This document shows positions 41,611 through 52,090 of a stretch of 64,000 nucleotides of DNA, piece after piece. Within the stretch, counting starts at the first letter, position 1; every line of letters begins with the position of its first letter. Made by a program: the position numbers and the translations under genes. Below the pieces are notes generated by a model. It ran no database searches and was not told the DNA's origin. It saw only the letters and a program-made list of their open reading frames with translations. The DNA comes from an uncultured Poribacteria bacterium. GTDB lineage: Bacteria > Poribacteria > WGA-4E > WGA-3G. The stretch covers positions 1,056,001 through 1,120,000 of the forward strand of contig OX638351.1 of NCBI GenBank assembly GCA_951813565.1. The letters run 5' to 3'.

Positions 41611-42417
41611 ATGCTGAACCTCAGGCGAGAAACTATTATTTCCTACGCGTTCATTGAGCGAAATTTTAATCTGTTGAAGCGGTATCTGAATTGGGAAATC
41701 CTGTTTTTTAGCTACTCTATTGTCAACGCATTGACGATTGGGTTAATTATGGTTGGACGAGGGAGTAGTCAAGATGTGCTTTACCTCGTTATTGGCGCAT
41801 TGATATGGGGGTTTCTCTCAATTATGATGCGTGAAGTCAGCGATGCAATTACATGGGAGCGATGGGAAGGCACAATTGAATATACCTTCATGGCGCCGAT
41901 TTACCGCATCACACATCTCGTAGGTTCTTGCCTCTTTGCAATTCTGTATGGACTATTACGAACAGGCTTAGTTTTGGCGATAATGCCGCTCTTTTTTGGA
42001 GATCACATTGATTTAGGGAGCGCGAATTGGTTGACAATGGCAGTGACCGTTGCGGTCTCAAGCCTATCGTTTATCGGTATCGGTTTGATGGCTGCTATTT
42101 TTCCATTGCTTTCACCAGAAAAGGGACAAGCGGCGACAGGGATTCTTCAATCTGTGCTGCTGTTAATTTCCGGTATCTATTATGATATTAGTGTTTTACC
42201 AGAGTGGCTACAGCCGTTCTCAAAAATTTCACCAGCGACTTATACGCTCCGATCCATCCGTGCAGCAATGTTAGAAAATGCATCGGTACAAAGTCAAGCA
42301 GGGAATCTGTTGCTACTGCTCGTCATCGGAATTGTGCTTATTCCGCTTGGATTTTGGGTTTTTCATCTTGCAGAAAAATATGCAAAACGCGTGGGTAGGC
42401 TAAAACGGAGTGGATAA
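41611..42417 (+). CDS. ABC-2 type permease
   Basis: ERWEGTIEYTFMAP, SGIYY..SVLP.WLQ; six hydrophobic segments. Confidence 0.88.
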   Translation: MLNLRRETIISYAFIERNFNLLKRYLNWEILFFSYSIVNALTIGLIMVGRGSSQDVLYLVIGALIWGFLSIMMREVSDAITWERWEGTIEYTFMAPIYRITHLVGSCLFAILYGLLRTGLVLAIMPLFFGDHIDLGSANWLTMAVTVAVSSLSFIGIGLMAAIFPLLSPEKGQAATGILQSVLLLISGIYYDISVLPEWLQPFSKISPATYTLRSIRAAMLENASVQSQAGNLLLLLVIGIVLIPLGFWVFHLAEKYAKRVGRLKRSG

Positions 42418-42446
42418 CGATTTGTATTACCGTGAATTATCAACAT

Positions 42447-43226
42447 TTACCATGTATCCCGCACGCTCACACCTTCATCTTCAAGGTAAGTTTTGATGCT
42501 TTCAATCGTGAACTCACCATAGTGTGTGATAGAGGCAACAATTGCCGCATCAGCATTGCTTTCGACAAAAACATCGCGTAGATGTTGTGGATTTCCCGCA
42601 CCACCAGAAGCAATAACAGGTACTGGCACAAGATCAGCGATAGCACCTGTTAACTCCAATTCATACCCCGCCTTTGTGCCATCAGCATCAATGCTATTGA
42701 CGACAATTTCACCTGCACCCAAATCCACACCGCGAATCGACCATTCCAATGCATCCCATCCAACAGGTTTCCGTCCGCCATCAATATAGATTTCATAGCC
42801 GCTGGGAATCTGTTCGCTTTTTGGAACTTTTTTTACTTGCATGCTCAACACAACACACTGACTACCGAATGCACGCGCCCCTTCAGAAATAATATCGGGG
42901 TTTCGCACTGCACCAGAATCTATACTGACCTTTTCTGCACCAGCGAGTAGGACACGCCGCATATCCTCAAGTGTGCGCAACCCGCCGCCAACAGAAAACG
43001 GGATAAAGATTTCTGCAGCAACGGCAGAGACAACATCTATCATAATATCGCGCCGTTCATTGCTTGCCGTAATGTCGTAAAAGACGAGTTCGTCGGCACC
43101 ACCTTCATAATAAAACCGCGCCATTTCAACTGGGTCGCCAACATCAACATTGCCTTTAAAAGCAATACCTTTGGTAACTTTTCCTGCGCGCACGTCTAAA
43201 CAAGGTATTATCCGTTTTGTTAACAT
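42447..43226 (-). CDS. hisF: Imidazole glycerol phosphate synthase cyclase subunit
   Basis: [52 protein letters not shown]. Confidence 0.96.
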   Translation of the reverse strand: MLTKRIIPCLDVRAGKVTKGIAFKGNVDVGDPVEMARFYYEGGADELVFYDITASNERRDIMIDVVSAVAAEIFIPFSVGGGLRTLEDMRRVLLAGAEKVSIDSGAVRNPDIISEGARAFGSQCVVLSMQVKKVPKSEQIPSGYEIYIDGGRKPVGWDALEWSIRGVDLGAGEIVVNSIDADGTKAGYELELTGAIADLVPVPVIASGGAGNPQHLRDVFVESNADAAIVASITHYGEFTIESIKTYLEDEGVSVRDTW

Positions 43227-43313
43227 ATTTCCCTCTTTTTCAAATTCTACTATGTGAGTAAGTCTCATGGAAAGTGTAAAGGTCTGGGAGTTAGGTATTA
43301 CCCTTAAAATAAA

Positions 43314-44408
43314 TCATGGAGACGTATACTTTTCATTTTCGGCAGATGTCTCAATACCATATATTGCTTTCATTTCTCCCCATTGCGTAGGCAATTTTCC
43401 CTGCGGAGATACAGCCAACGCACCCTCTACCCAATGCGGTCGAATGTCGTGATACCGATGACGTGTCAAGCGTCTGAGTTTACCCGTTGTAATCTCATAC
43501 CGATAGATGTCATGATACTGCTTCTCACGAGGCACTTCAAGTAACCCAGCCGAAAAGAGAAATGCCTGCCCATGATCCATCCAACACAGTCCAGAGCCAA
43601 CCCACTCTCCGCCCATCTTCTCATTCACATCAATTTCCTTTTTCGCACCGTTGGGACGCATCACCACAAACCGTTTTATCGGAAAATCTCCTTGTAGTCC
43701 GCCTATTGATTTAAGGAACAGTATTCGCTGTCCATCTGATGACCACTTAGGGTAAACTCTGAACGACAGCTGCGGCCCAGGGTCTTGATCTGGCAGAAGA
43801 GGCCGCTGGTTTGTTCCATCTGCTAACATAACCCAAATATTTTTACCAGCTATGCCGACCCCTCTCAATATGCTTTTTTCATAAAGAATTTCTTTGCCAT
43901 CCGGTGACCAATCAGGAGAGAAAGCACGGTGCGGTTCCTCCCTGCCCGTCAACTGTTTCACTGTACGATCCACTAAGTCTATAACATGGATCTCAGTATT
44001 TCCACTCCGGTTGCTTTTAAACGCCAGGTACCTTCCATCCGGTGACCAGGTCGGCGATCCATTTCTATTCCCTTGTCCATCCTGTGTGAGTTGTTGTTGG
44101 TTCGTGCCATCAGCGTTCATAATAAACAGTTGATACTTTTGTATATCTTTTTCAAGGTTTCTATCAAAAGCGATTTGGGTGCCATCTGGCGACCAACGCG
44201 GGAGATCCTCCCAAAACTGATTGTCTGTCAATCTACGAATACCGGTGCCTCCATCGTTCATCACATAAATACTGCCATTATAAATAAACACGATTTTGGC
44301 ATTCACGCCGCTTGAGGAAAACAGCACAAACAGACAGAAGCATACTATATAGACAAACATTTGCGAAAGTATATATGTTATTTTATTTTTGTTTAAAAAT
44401 CGTCCCAT
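43314..44408 (-). CDS. TolB-like PD40 beta-propeller protein
   Basis: P.WSPDG repeats, signal peptide; tail LAVSPQGKLPTQWGEMK. Confidence 0.88.
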   Translation of the reverse strand: MGRFLNKNKITYILSQMFVYIVCFCLFVLFSSSGVNAKIVFIYNGSIYVMNDGGTGIRRLTDNQFWEDLPRWSPDGTQIAFDRNLEKDIQKYQLFIMNADGTNQQQLTQDGQGNRNGSPTWSPDGRYLAFKSNRSGNTEIHVIDLVDRTVKQLTGREEPHRAFSPDWSPDGKEILYEKSILRGVGIAGKNIWVMLADGTNQRPLLPDQDPGPQLSFRVYPKWSSDGQRILFLKSIGGLQGDFPIKRFVVMRPNGAKKEIDVNEKMGGEWVGSGLCWMDHGQAFLFSAGLLEVPREKQYHDIYRYEITTGKLRRLTRHRYHDIRPHWVEGALAVSPQGKLPTQWGEMKAIYGIETSAENEKYTSP

Positions 44409-44526
44409 GTTGTAACTCCTTCATATCCTAAAGCATATTTGACGGTAAAGGCTCGCACGCATCAGCGCGCGAGCTGGTAAGAAAAACTATAATCCGCTAA
44501 ATACGTACTTTGGGCGAGAAGATCAC

Positions 44527-45066
44527 CTATTCTATACCGAGAGGTTCATCCCTGTGATAAAATCTCTCATCAATTGATGCCCTCCAACCATCACTTGCAT
44601 CCCAAATGCCATCATCATTGTGATCAACTTTCACAGTAAATCTCGATTCTGCTTGGATAGTAATTTCTTGCCAGACTATTTCTGAGAGGTCGAAATCGAA
44701 ACCACGACCTACCCCATAAGTGTCCGATCCAGCCACCCAACCTTCTTCGCCCCAAATCTGGTGCGTATTAAACGAATGTGGAAAGGTCCCGACCAGCTGG
44801 CTTTCAAAGTCGATGTAATAGCGTACAGGCACCACTCCCGGCCAATCTGGGTGGATGCCAGAATCGTTAGCAATATATACACCATGAGAACTACTAACCA
44901 CTGGAAATGCGTAAGAATATTCTACATAGACGTATCCGTATACAAACGTCAGCCAGGGATCTGTGCTCATTCCTGCATCCCTATCCCAGTAAGAATAGGC
45001 ATCTGTTGTAACAAAACATGCCAGTCCTATGAGCCCGATAAAGGCTATCATTGCTAAATTTTTCAT
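44527..45066 (-). CDS. Hypothetical exported protein
   Basis: Signal peptide ending in AYS; RBS AGGAGA; aromatic-rich beta sequence. Confidence 0.7.
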   Translation of the reverse strand: MKNLAMIAFIGLIGLACFVTTDAYSYWDRDAGMSTDPWLTFVYGYVYVEYSYAFPVVSSSHGVYIANDSGIHPDWPGVVPVRYYIDFESQLVGTFPHSFNTHQIWGEEGWVAGSDTYGVGRGFDFDLSEIVWQEITIQAESRFTVKVDHNDDGIWDASDGWRASIDERFYHRDEPLGIE

Positions 45067-45510
45067 AATTTCTCCTAATTTGGTTATTTATACCAAGGAG
45101 ACGTATCTATTTTAGCACGTCTCCGTATTTGTGTAAAAGATAATAAATCAACAACATTTTACGGGTTTCACCTATTCCATCTTTTTGCGCGTTACGTGCG
45201 GATGGAATAGGGATAACAAGCATTGCGGGTGTCCGCAATCCAACAACAAAAGCCCGCGACGCGACACTTCATAGAAACGAAGTGGACGTGCGGGCGCGAA
45301 AATATCGCAGCTGCTAACGTCTGCGATACGACCTTGTAAACTGAAAAAATTAACGAATGTGAAGGGGGGAGGTAAGTAAACTAACAGTTAGAACAAAACC
45401 ACCGAAAATTGTGCAAAAACAACCCTGCTCAGATTGCAAATATCTGATGTGTCCATTTTTGTATAGTGATTTCGCTTTTAGATTTTTTATTGTTAGGCTC
45501 TCATGTGTGC

Positions 45511-45562
45511 AAAGTTAAATTCGCTTATAGTTAATTATACACGCGAATTTAACTTTTGTCAA
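45511..45562 (-). promoter_or_regulatory. Consensus sigma-70 promoter overlapped by a 14-bp inverted repeat
   Basis: TTGACA (45562-45557), 17 bp, TATAAT (45539-45534); AAAGTTAAATTCGC (45511-45524) / GCGAATTTAACTTT (45543-45556). Confidence 0.75.
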
Positions 45563-45615
45563 ATTTTTTTTATCAAAAACGAAATATTTCTTTTATCCAT
45601 CTTGACTTGATACAA

Positions 45616-47262
45616 TTAATTGCGGAATCTCCGTTTGAATATGTTCAAAATATCGTCAAACTCCGCTACCTTCAACATTTTATACATGCCCGCGAGTGCC
45701 AAAACACTTAATATGATAGGTGCAAATACATTGGCAACGCGCGGTCCAATGCCCTCAGTTCCGAGCCAATCTTGTTCAATAAAGCCGTTTGTTACCCAAC
45801 ACACAACACCCATCACCGCTGAAGCAATCAAGATTTTGAATGCTAACGGAACAACTGACCGAAGTCCTAATCGTCCTACTTTGCGGCGGAGCAGCAGTAA
45901 TAAAACAGCACTATTCAATGTCACAGTTAGCACGGTTGACAACACCACTGCACGTGGGTCTAAAAATAGTTCGCGGAAAATGAACAGATAATTGAGGCAA
46001 ATGTTAAGCACAACCGCACAGATGCTGACGATGACAGGGGCGCGAATGTCTTTATATGCGTAAAAGCCATCGGTAATAATCTTTAGAGCAGAGAATCCAC
46101 ACAACCCGAATGCGTAGACGAACAGAAGCCCTCCTGTTTGGACAGTGTCCTGGTCAATAGTGACTCCCCATTCGAAAAGCAGCCGACATATAGGTTCGGC
46201 TAACATCATGAGCCCAATTGCAGCAGGAATTGTCACGGTAAGTAGAAGACGGAGTGCGTAAGAGAGCGCGTTGCGGAAATTCTGGGTATCGCCTGCAGTT
46301 GCAAATTTTGCGAGTTGTGGGAGTGCCACCGTTGAAATGGCAACGCCGAATATCCCAATAGGAAGATGCACAACGCGGTATGCTCTACTAATCCATGTCA
46401 ACCATCCGGAATCCGAAGTAATAAAGAACGTATTGGTAAATTGATTTACCTGTACTACAGCCACACCTAACACGGCAGGCCCAATCAGATGAAGAACTTG
46501 AAGCACCCTCGGATTTCGCAGACTCAAGAGCGGACGATACCGAAAGCCTATGCGATACATCGACGGCACCTGAATTAGAAATTGGGCAACCCCTCCGACA
46601 ATTACGCCGACAGCCATCCCTGTTACCGGATGAATTCCTGCTAATGGAAATAAATAGTAGCCACCTATCCCAATGATCAGTGAACTGAGATTAAAGAAAG
46701 AGGAAGCGCATGCAGGGATACCGAACTTTCCCTTGCTGTTCAATAACCCCATGGCGATTGCAGCAAGTGAAACAAATAGCAGATAAGGAAACATCAACTG
46801 GGTGAGATAAATTGCCAGTTCTATTTTGCTGGCAAATCCGTGATGGTCACCAATATCTAAATCTTTGTCAAAATTGTGTTGAGCCAACACATCAACAATG
46901 GCAGGCGCAAAAATAATACCCAATCCTGTAATCCCAATTAAGACGAGAAACGTCAAATTAAAAATGCGGTTTGCCAAATTCCATGCGGCTTCTTCTCCAT
47001 CTTCCGCTTCTGTCGCAACAAAGGTGGTGATAAACGCTTTGCTTAAAATGCCTTCGCCAAACATATCGCGTAAAAAGTTCGGAATACGGAAAGCAAGATA
47101 GAAGGCATCCGCGCTTGTCGTGGAGCGAAAATAGTAGCCAATTGCTGTTTCACGGGCAAGTCCCAGTATGCGCGATCCCATCACAGCTAAGCTGACAATT
47201 CCTGCAGCACGGGTGACGTTTTGATTCTGTTTCTCAGTAGATTGTGTTACATTTTCTTCCAT
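45616..47262 (-). CDS. murJ: Lipid II flippase MurJ
   Basis: SRILGLARE, ADAFYLAFRIPNFLR..FGEG, LPIGIFGVAISTV.LP. Confidence 0.95.
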   Translation of the reverse strand: MEENVTQSTEKQNQNVTRAAGIVSLAVMGSRILGLARETAIGYYFRSTTSADAFYLAFRIPNFLRDMFGEGILSKAFITTFVATEAEDGEEAAWNLANRIFNLTFLVLIGITGLGIIFAPAIVDVLAQHNFDKDLDIGDHHGFASKIELAIYLTQLMFPYLLFVSLAAIAMGLLNSKGKFGIPACASSFFNLSSLIIGIGGYYLFPLAGIHPVTGMAVGVIVGGVAQFLIQVPSMYRIGFRYRPLLSLRNPRVLQVLHLIGPAVLGVAVVQVNQFTNTFFITSDSGWLTWISRAYRVVHLPIGIFGVAISTVALPQLAKFATAGDTQNFRNALSYALRLLLTVTIPAAIGLMMLAEPICRLLFEWGVTIDQDTVQTGGLLFVYAFGLCGFSALKIITDGFYAYKDIRAPVIVSICAVVLNICLNYLFIFRELFLDPRAVVLSTVLTVTLNSAVLLLLLRRKVGRLGLRSVVPLAFKILIASAVMGVVCWVTNGFIEQDWLGTEGIGPRVANVFAPIILSVLALAGMYKMLKVAEFDDILNIFKRRFRN

Positions 47263-47453
47263 AGTTAGTTTTCAGTTATCAGTTGTCGGTCATCGGTAAC
47301 AAATCAAGATTAAAAGGTAAATAACTATTTTCAGGAGGTAAAAAACTATTTTCAGTAAGTGTTGACAGGTATCAAATTTCTCTTAATTGATTTGATGCTT
47401 GACATCTTCTCTGAATTCGTATAATTTAAAGCAAATAACAAGGAGAACTCCTA

Positions 47454-47834
47454 ATGCAGGAAAAGAGATATTTTACAGTTGAAGAAGCAAACGAATGCAT
47501 TCCAGAATTGATTACAGACATCTCGGCACTACTTGAACTGAAAGAGGAATTGGAAAAACTACACGTTGAACTTACACCGTTCTTAGAGGTCATTCCATCT
47601 AACGGAGGCAGCAAAAACGCACTTTTGCTTATGCAAACCGGTGATCAATTCAGAGAGATTGTCGAACGTATCCAACGTCGTGGCTGCCATCTCAAAGGAC
47701 TTGATCCAGCCTTAATAGATTTTCCACACATGCGCGATGGAAAGGAGGTTTATCTCTGCTGGCGGTTTGGTGAAAGGGAGATCCGCTATTGGCATGAAAT
47801 TGAGAGCGGTTTTGCGGGACGAAAGCCTTTGTAA
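47454..47834 (+). CDS. DUF2203-family protein
   Basis: YFTVEEAN, LIDFP, VYLCWRFGE, WHEIESGFAGRKPL. Confidence 0.85.
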   Translation: MQEKRYFTVEEANECIPELITDISALLELKEELEKLHVELTPFLEVIPSNGGSKNALLLMQTGDQFREIVERIQRRGCHLKGLDPALIDFPHMRDGKEVYLCWRFGEREIRYWHEIESGFAGRKPL

Positions 47835-48620
47835 TTAGGTCAAAAAATAGAAATGATTCGTTGGTCCGTGTCCTTTGCCGATATCCAACGCGTGTTGAAT
47901 GGCATTCGTAATATATGTTTTCGCATCACGGATTGCTTCAATTAATTCCTTTCCAAGTGCCAGATGTGTAGCGATTGCGGCGGAGTAGGTACATCCTGTA
48001 CCGTGCGTGTTTTTTGTCTCAATCCGATTAGCCTCAAAAAATGACCAATCGTTATTGTAATAAAGCACATCTGTCGCTTTTTCATCGTCAAGATGCCCCC
48101 CTTTGACAAGTACTGCCTGACAACCGAGGTTAGCAATAGTTTTCGCCGCTGCTTTTGCATCATCGGCAGTTCGGATTTCCTGTTCTGAAAGCAGTTCTGC
48201 CTCATAGATGTTCGGTGTTATTACCGTTGCAATCGGAATTAAAACATGTCTTAGACTGTTGATAGCTTCTGCTTTCAACAGTGAAAACTTACTTTTAGAA
48301 ATCATTACAGGGTCTACGACAATTGCCTGTGGCATGTATTCGCTTAACTTTTGTGCTACGGTTTCTACAATCGTTGACGATGAGAGCATACCTGTTTTGA
48401 CACTTGCCACTTCAAAATCTGTAAAAACAGCATCCAGCTGCGCTTCAATCAACGGAATTGGCAGGTCAAACGCGTTTGTGACAGCAACGGTATTCTGTGC
48501 GGTTACGGAGGTTATCGCGGACATTGCGAAGCCTCCATTTGCCGAGATCGCCTTAATATCCGCTTGTATCCCTGCACCCCCACCTGAATCTGAACCTGCA
48601 ATTGTTAAAATCTGTTTCAT
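47835..48620 (-). CDS. thiD: Hydroxymethylpyrimidine/phosphomethylpyrimidine kinase
   Basis: [38 protein letters not shown]. Confidence 0.96.
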   Translation of the reverse strand: MKQILTIAGSDSGGGAGIQADIKAISANGGFAMSAITSVTAQNTVAVTNAFDLPIPLIEAQLDAVFTDFEVASVKTGMLSSSTIVETVAQKLSEYMPQAIVVDPVMISKSKFSLLKAEAINSLRHVLIPIATVITPNIYEAELLSEQEIRTADDAKAAAKTIANLGCQAVLVKGGHLDDEKATDVLYYNNDWSFFEANRIETKNTHGTGCTYSAAIATHLALGKELIEAIRDAKTYITNAIQHALDIGKGHGPTNHFYFLT

Positions 48621-48747
48621 GTTCTCCCCTTTTTCTGTTTTGTGGACTCTAAACAGAATTCCCGTAATCTACTGTTCATTGATTCTCCAATAATTACAAA
48701 TTATATCATTGTTTATTGACTTTGTGCAAGTCCTCAAGTTAATTGGG

Positions 48748-49203
48748 CAGGGTTATTTAGTTTTCTATATTTCTGATGCATTTTGTTACATGCGTTAATG
48801 CTTTATAATAGTATCGTCCGTTGGGTAGAACGTAGCGAAACCCATAACTGTCAATTTAAGCTTATAATTACCAGATTGTTTCTTGTGGGAGGGCTTTCTA
48901 AGCCCGATTTTGTAAATCTCAACCTGTTAAATCCAAATCAACGCTGAATACGCCAAATCAAGAAATCAACGGTATGAATCATGGCGAATGCCGGACGGGG
49001 AATGCCAAAGGGCATTCGGACCGTTGATTTGGCGCATGCTGCGTTGATTTGGCTGAATGCCCGCCAAATGCCACAGGCGCATTTGGCGTTGATTCAGGCA
49101 TTCATAGCGTTGATTTATGAGTAGAGCGTAGCGAAACCCAACGGACAATATAAACTTTCAGTAACACGCATCAACTGACAATTCTTAAAACTAAATAGCC
49201 CTG
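48748..49203. mobile_element. 456-bp non-autonomous element with a 10-bp TSD, loaded with nested repeats
   Basis: TIR CAGGGTTATTTAGTTTT / AAAACTAAATAGCCCTG; GTTAATTGGG on both flanks (48738-48747, 49204-49213). Confidence 0.85.
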
Positions 49204-49271
49204 GTTAATTGGGGTGTGTAAATATTTGGTTACATAGGTTCAATTTGCAATGATTACGCGGCGTTTTCCAC

Positions 49272-49384
49272 TGTAGGGGTGGGTCTCTGTGCCCCGCCAC
49301 TGCGCAGGACGTGCCATGCAACGGGCAGGCACCAAATCAACGGTCCGAATGCCTTTTGGCATTCCCCGGAGACCCGCCCCTACA
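49272..49384. repeat. GTAG-type REP doublet with a 35-nt cassette in one arm
   Basis: TGTAGGGGTGGGTCTCTGTGCC pairs with GGCAC[49333-49367]GGAGACCCGCCCCTACA. Confidence 0.8.
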
Positions 49385-49541
49385 ATGATGGTAGTAGGAC
49401 CTCTGAAAAGAAATCGGGCGGACAAAGCCCTCCTATAAGAGAGTTTCACGATAATTAAATGGTTCTGTCAAATTCCACTTGATATATGGCAATGTATCTG
49501 TTAAAATGACTCACAATTCTTTTGAAAACAGGGAGACCCTA

Positions 49542-50402
49542 ATGATTTTTGGACAAGGAACGCATCAGTATACGGTAAAGGAAAATTGGTGGACACTACC
49601 GGATGGCTGGGAATTTGGATGGATTCCTGCTGTCGCTGTTGATTCTCAGGACCGTGTCTATGTTTATAGTCGAAGCGAGCATCCGATGGTGGTTTTTGAT
49701 CGTGATGGTAATTTCCTAACTTCTTGGGGTGATGACATTCTCAAGGATGCACACGGAATTTTTATTGATGCTGAAGATAACATCTACTGCGTTGAACGTG
49801 AAACGCATGTTATGCACAAATTCACTACTGCTGGAGAATTACTCATGACTCTTGGCACAATGGACGAGCCGGGTGCAGAGGGCGAACCCTTCAATCTACC
49901 AACAGACTTCGCACTCGGTCCTGACGGTGAGATGTATATTAGTGATGGTTATGGTAATGCTCGTATTCACAAATATTCACCTGATGGAGAATTGATCAAA
50001 TCTTGGGGAAAACCGGGAACGGGTCCAGGCGAGTTTGATCTGCCCCACTGTGTCAGAGTTGACCCTCGCAATCGGGTGATGGTGGCAGATAGAAGCAACA
50101 ATCGGGTACAGTTTTTCACCTTGGATGGAGAATACATTGAAGAATGGGGCGATCTTCTGCAACCAGACACTATTTTTATAGACGAAGACGACTTGGTGTA
50201 TATTGCAGAACTGGATCAACGGGTAACAATCATGACATTGGATGGAGAGGTCGTATCTCAGTGGGGAAGTGAGCGCGGTAGTACCGTCCCCGGAGAATTT
50301 TTTGCTTGTCCACACGGTATTTGGGTAGATTCACAAGGCGACATTTACGTTGGAGAAGTTCAAGCGGACGCAAGGTTACAAAAATACATTAGGCAGCGGT
50401 AA
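49542..50402 (+). CDS. NHL-repeat protein (peptidylamidoglycolate lyase-like), paralog of 22905-23753
   Basis: AVAVDSQDRVYV, AHGIFID, YISDGYGNARIHKY, GPGEFDLPH; RBS GGGAG. Confidence 0.88.
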   Translation: MIFGQGTHQYTVKENWWTLPDGWEFGWIPAVAVDSQDRVYVYSRSEHPMVVFDRDGNFLTSWGDDILKDAHGIFIDAEDNIYCVERETHVMHKFTTAGELLMTLGTMDEPGAEGEPFNLPTDFALGPDGEMYISDGYGNARIHKYSPDGELIKSWGKPGTGPGEFDLPHCVRVDPRNRVMVADRSNNRVQFFTLDGEYIEEWGDLLQPDTIFIDEDDLVYIAELDQRVTIMTLDGEVVSQWGSERGSTVPGEFFACPHGIWVDSQGDIYVGEVQADARLQKYIRQR

Positions 50403-50597
50403 GTTATTTTACTGCTATTGATACATTTTGGTTCTGTGGCGACTTAAAATAACTACTGTGAATGTAAGAGGCGCAATGAATTGCGCGACTACAAACGCGT
50501 TATTTGTTGATGAAAAGGATAATTCAGAAATAGTAAAAGAAACGCGATGAATTGCGCGACTACAAACGCCGTAAAGTTTTCTGAAAGGTTGATAGAA

Positions 50598-52013
50598 ATG
50601 GCGGAAAACCTCTCGTTTTTTCAAAAAGTGAACGATAATTTTGATAAAGCTGCACAGTTCACAGAATATCCGCAGGGGCTTTTGGATCAGATAAAGATTT
50701 GCAACAACTCCTGTCATTTCACCTTTCCGATTAAACGTGACGATGGTACAATTCAAACGATTCACGGATGGCGTGCTGAACATAGCCACCACAAACTTCC
50801 AACTAAGGGAGGCATCCGCTACAGTACACTCGTTAATGAAGATGAGATAATGGCACTTGCTGCGTTGATGACTTATAAATGCGCGCTGGTAGACCTGCCC
50901 TTTGGCGGCGCAAAAGGAGGTATCCAGCTTGATAGAAATAAGTATTCTGAGAGTGAATTGGAGCGGATTACCCGACGTTATACTTATGAACTGATCCAGA
51001 AGAATTATATCGGTCCTGGGGTAGATGTGCCTGCCCCGGACTTCGGGACAAGTGAAAACGAGATGGCGTGGATTCTTGATACATATCTCACAATGTCCCC
51101 AGACAAGCTTGATGCCATAGCGTGTGTGACGGGAAAACCGATTGATCAAAACGGGATACATGGACGAAAAGAGGCTACTGGGCGCGGTGTTGTGTTCGGG
51201 TTGGAAGAGGTCTGTAGCCACGAAGATGATATGAAACAAGTCGGACTTGACACCGGTCTTCGGGGAAAAACCGTTGTTCTTCAAGGCTTTGGCAAGGTCG
51301 GGTATCCTGCTGCAAAATGCTTAACTGACGCTGAGGCGATAGTTATTGGCATTGCTGAGGCAGATGGTGCTATCTATAACCCGAAAGGACTTGATATTGA
51401 AAAGGTATCCACGTTTCGTGCTGAAACCGGTTCAATTTGTCATTTTCCGGGTGCAACATTTTTTGAAAACCCGAACAAGAGTTTGGAGTTGGAATGTGAT
51501 ATTCTTATCCCAGCCGCACTTGAAAACCAGCTAACCGCAGAGAACGCGCCGCGTATCAAAGCACACATAATTGCCGAAGCAGCAAATGGTCCTACGACAA
51601 CCAAAGCCGATGAGATACTCCAAAAACGTGGCGCACTGATTATTCCTGATACTTATCTAAATGCTGGAGGTGTTACAGTCTCCTATTTTGAGTGGCTCCG
51701 CAATCTGTCACACGTTGGATTCGGTAGGCTTGCCAGACGATTTGAAGAAAGCACATACAATGCGATGTTCCGTGCTGTTGAAAAAGCAACTGGCTACCAA
51801 TTTTCGGACGATGAACGGCAAGCGGTGCACGGTGCTGACGAAACAGATTTGGTCAACTCAGGACTCCAAGATACAATGATAAAAGCGTATCAGGAGATTC
51901 GCGAAATTCGACTGAAACACGGAAAAGATATTGTAGATAGCAGGACAGCGGCGTTTATCAATGCTATCCATAAAATTGCGCAGTCCTATATGCAACTTGG
52001 CATTTTTCCATAG
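50598..52013 (+). CDS. gdhA: Glutamate dehydrogenase (Glu/Leu/Phe/Val family)
   Basis: PTKGGIRY, LMTYKCA, PFGGAKGG, DVPAPD, VTGKP, QGFGKVG, EAANGP, NAGGVTVSYFEW. Confidence 0.95.
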   Translation: MAENLSFFQKVNDNFDKAAQFTEYPQGLLDQIKICNNSCHFTFPIKRDDGTIQTIHGWRAEHSHHKLPTKGGIRYSTLVNEDEIMALAALMTYKCALVDLPFGGAKGGIQLDRNKYSESELERITRRYTYELIQKNYIGPGVDVPAPDFGTSENEMAWILDTYLTMSPDKLDAIACVTGKPIDQNGIHGRKEATGRGVVFGLEEVCSHEDDMKQVGLDTGLRGKTVVLQGFGKVGYPAAKCLTDAEAIVIGIAEADGAIYNPKGLDIEKVSTFRAETGSICHFPGATFFENPNKSLELECDILIPAALENQLTAENAPRIKAHIIAEAANGPTTTKADEILQKRGALIIPDTYLNAGGVTVSYFEWLRNLSHVGFGRLARRFEESTYNAMFRAVEKATGYQFSDDERQAVHGADETDLVNSGLQDTMIKAYQEIREIRLKHGKDIVDSRTAAFINAIHKIAQSYMQLGIFP

Positions 52014-52090
52014 TTCAATTTGTAGTTGCGGTTTCAAACCGTAACTACCATGTGTGTTCACATTTACAGATTTACTATGAAGGAGAAAAG

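Noticed and set aside
45252..45296. c-di-GMP-I riboswitch
   Set aside because: A GAAA-containing stem is present, but the GCAAA / GACGCAAAG context and second stem are not; kept only as an unnamed structure.
48621..48747. TPP riboswitch upstream of thiD
   Set aside because: No CTGAGA or CCTGA...GCG.AGG core seen on the minus strand.
50415..51284. 289-aa minus-strand ORF
   Set aside because: Antisense shadow of gdhA that runs into REP repeats; no independent coding signal.
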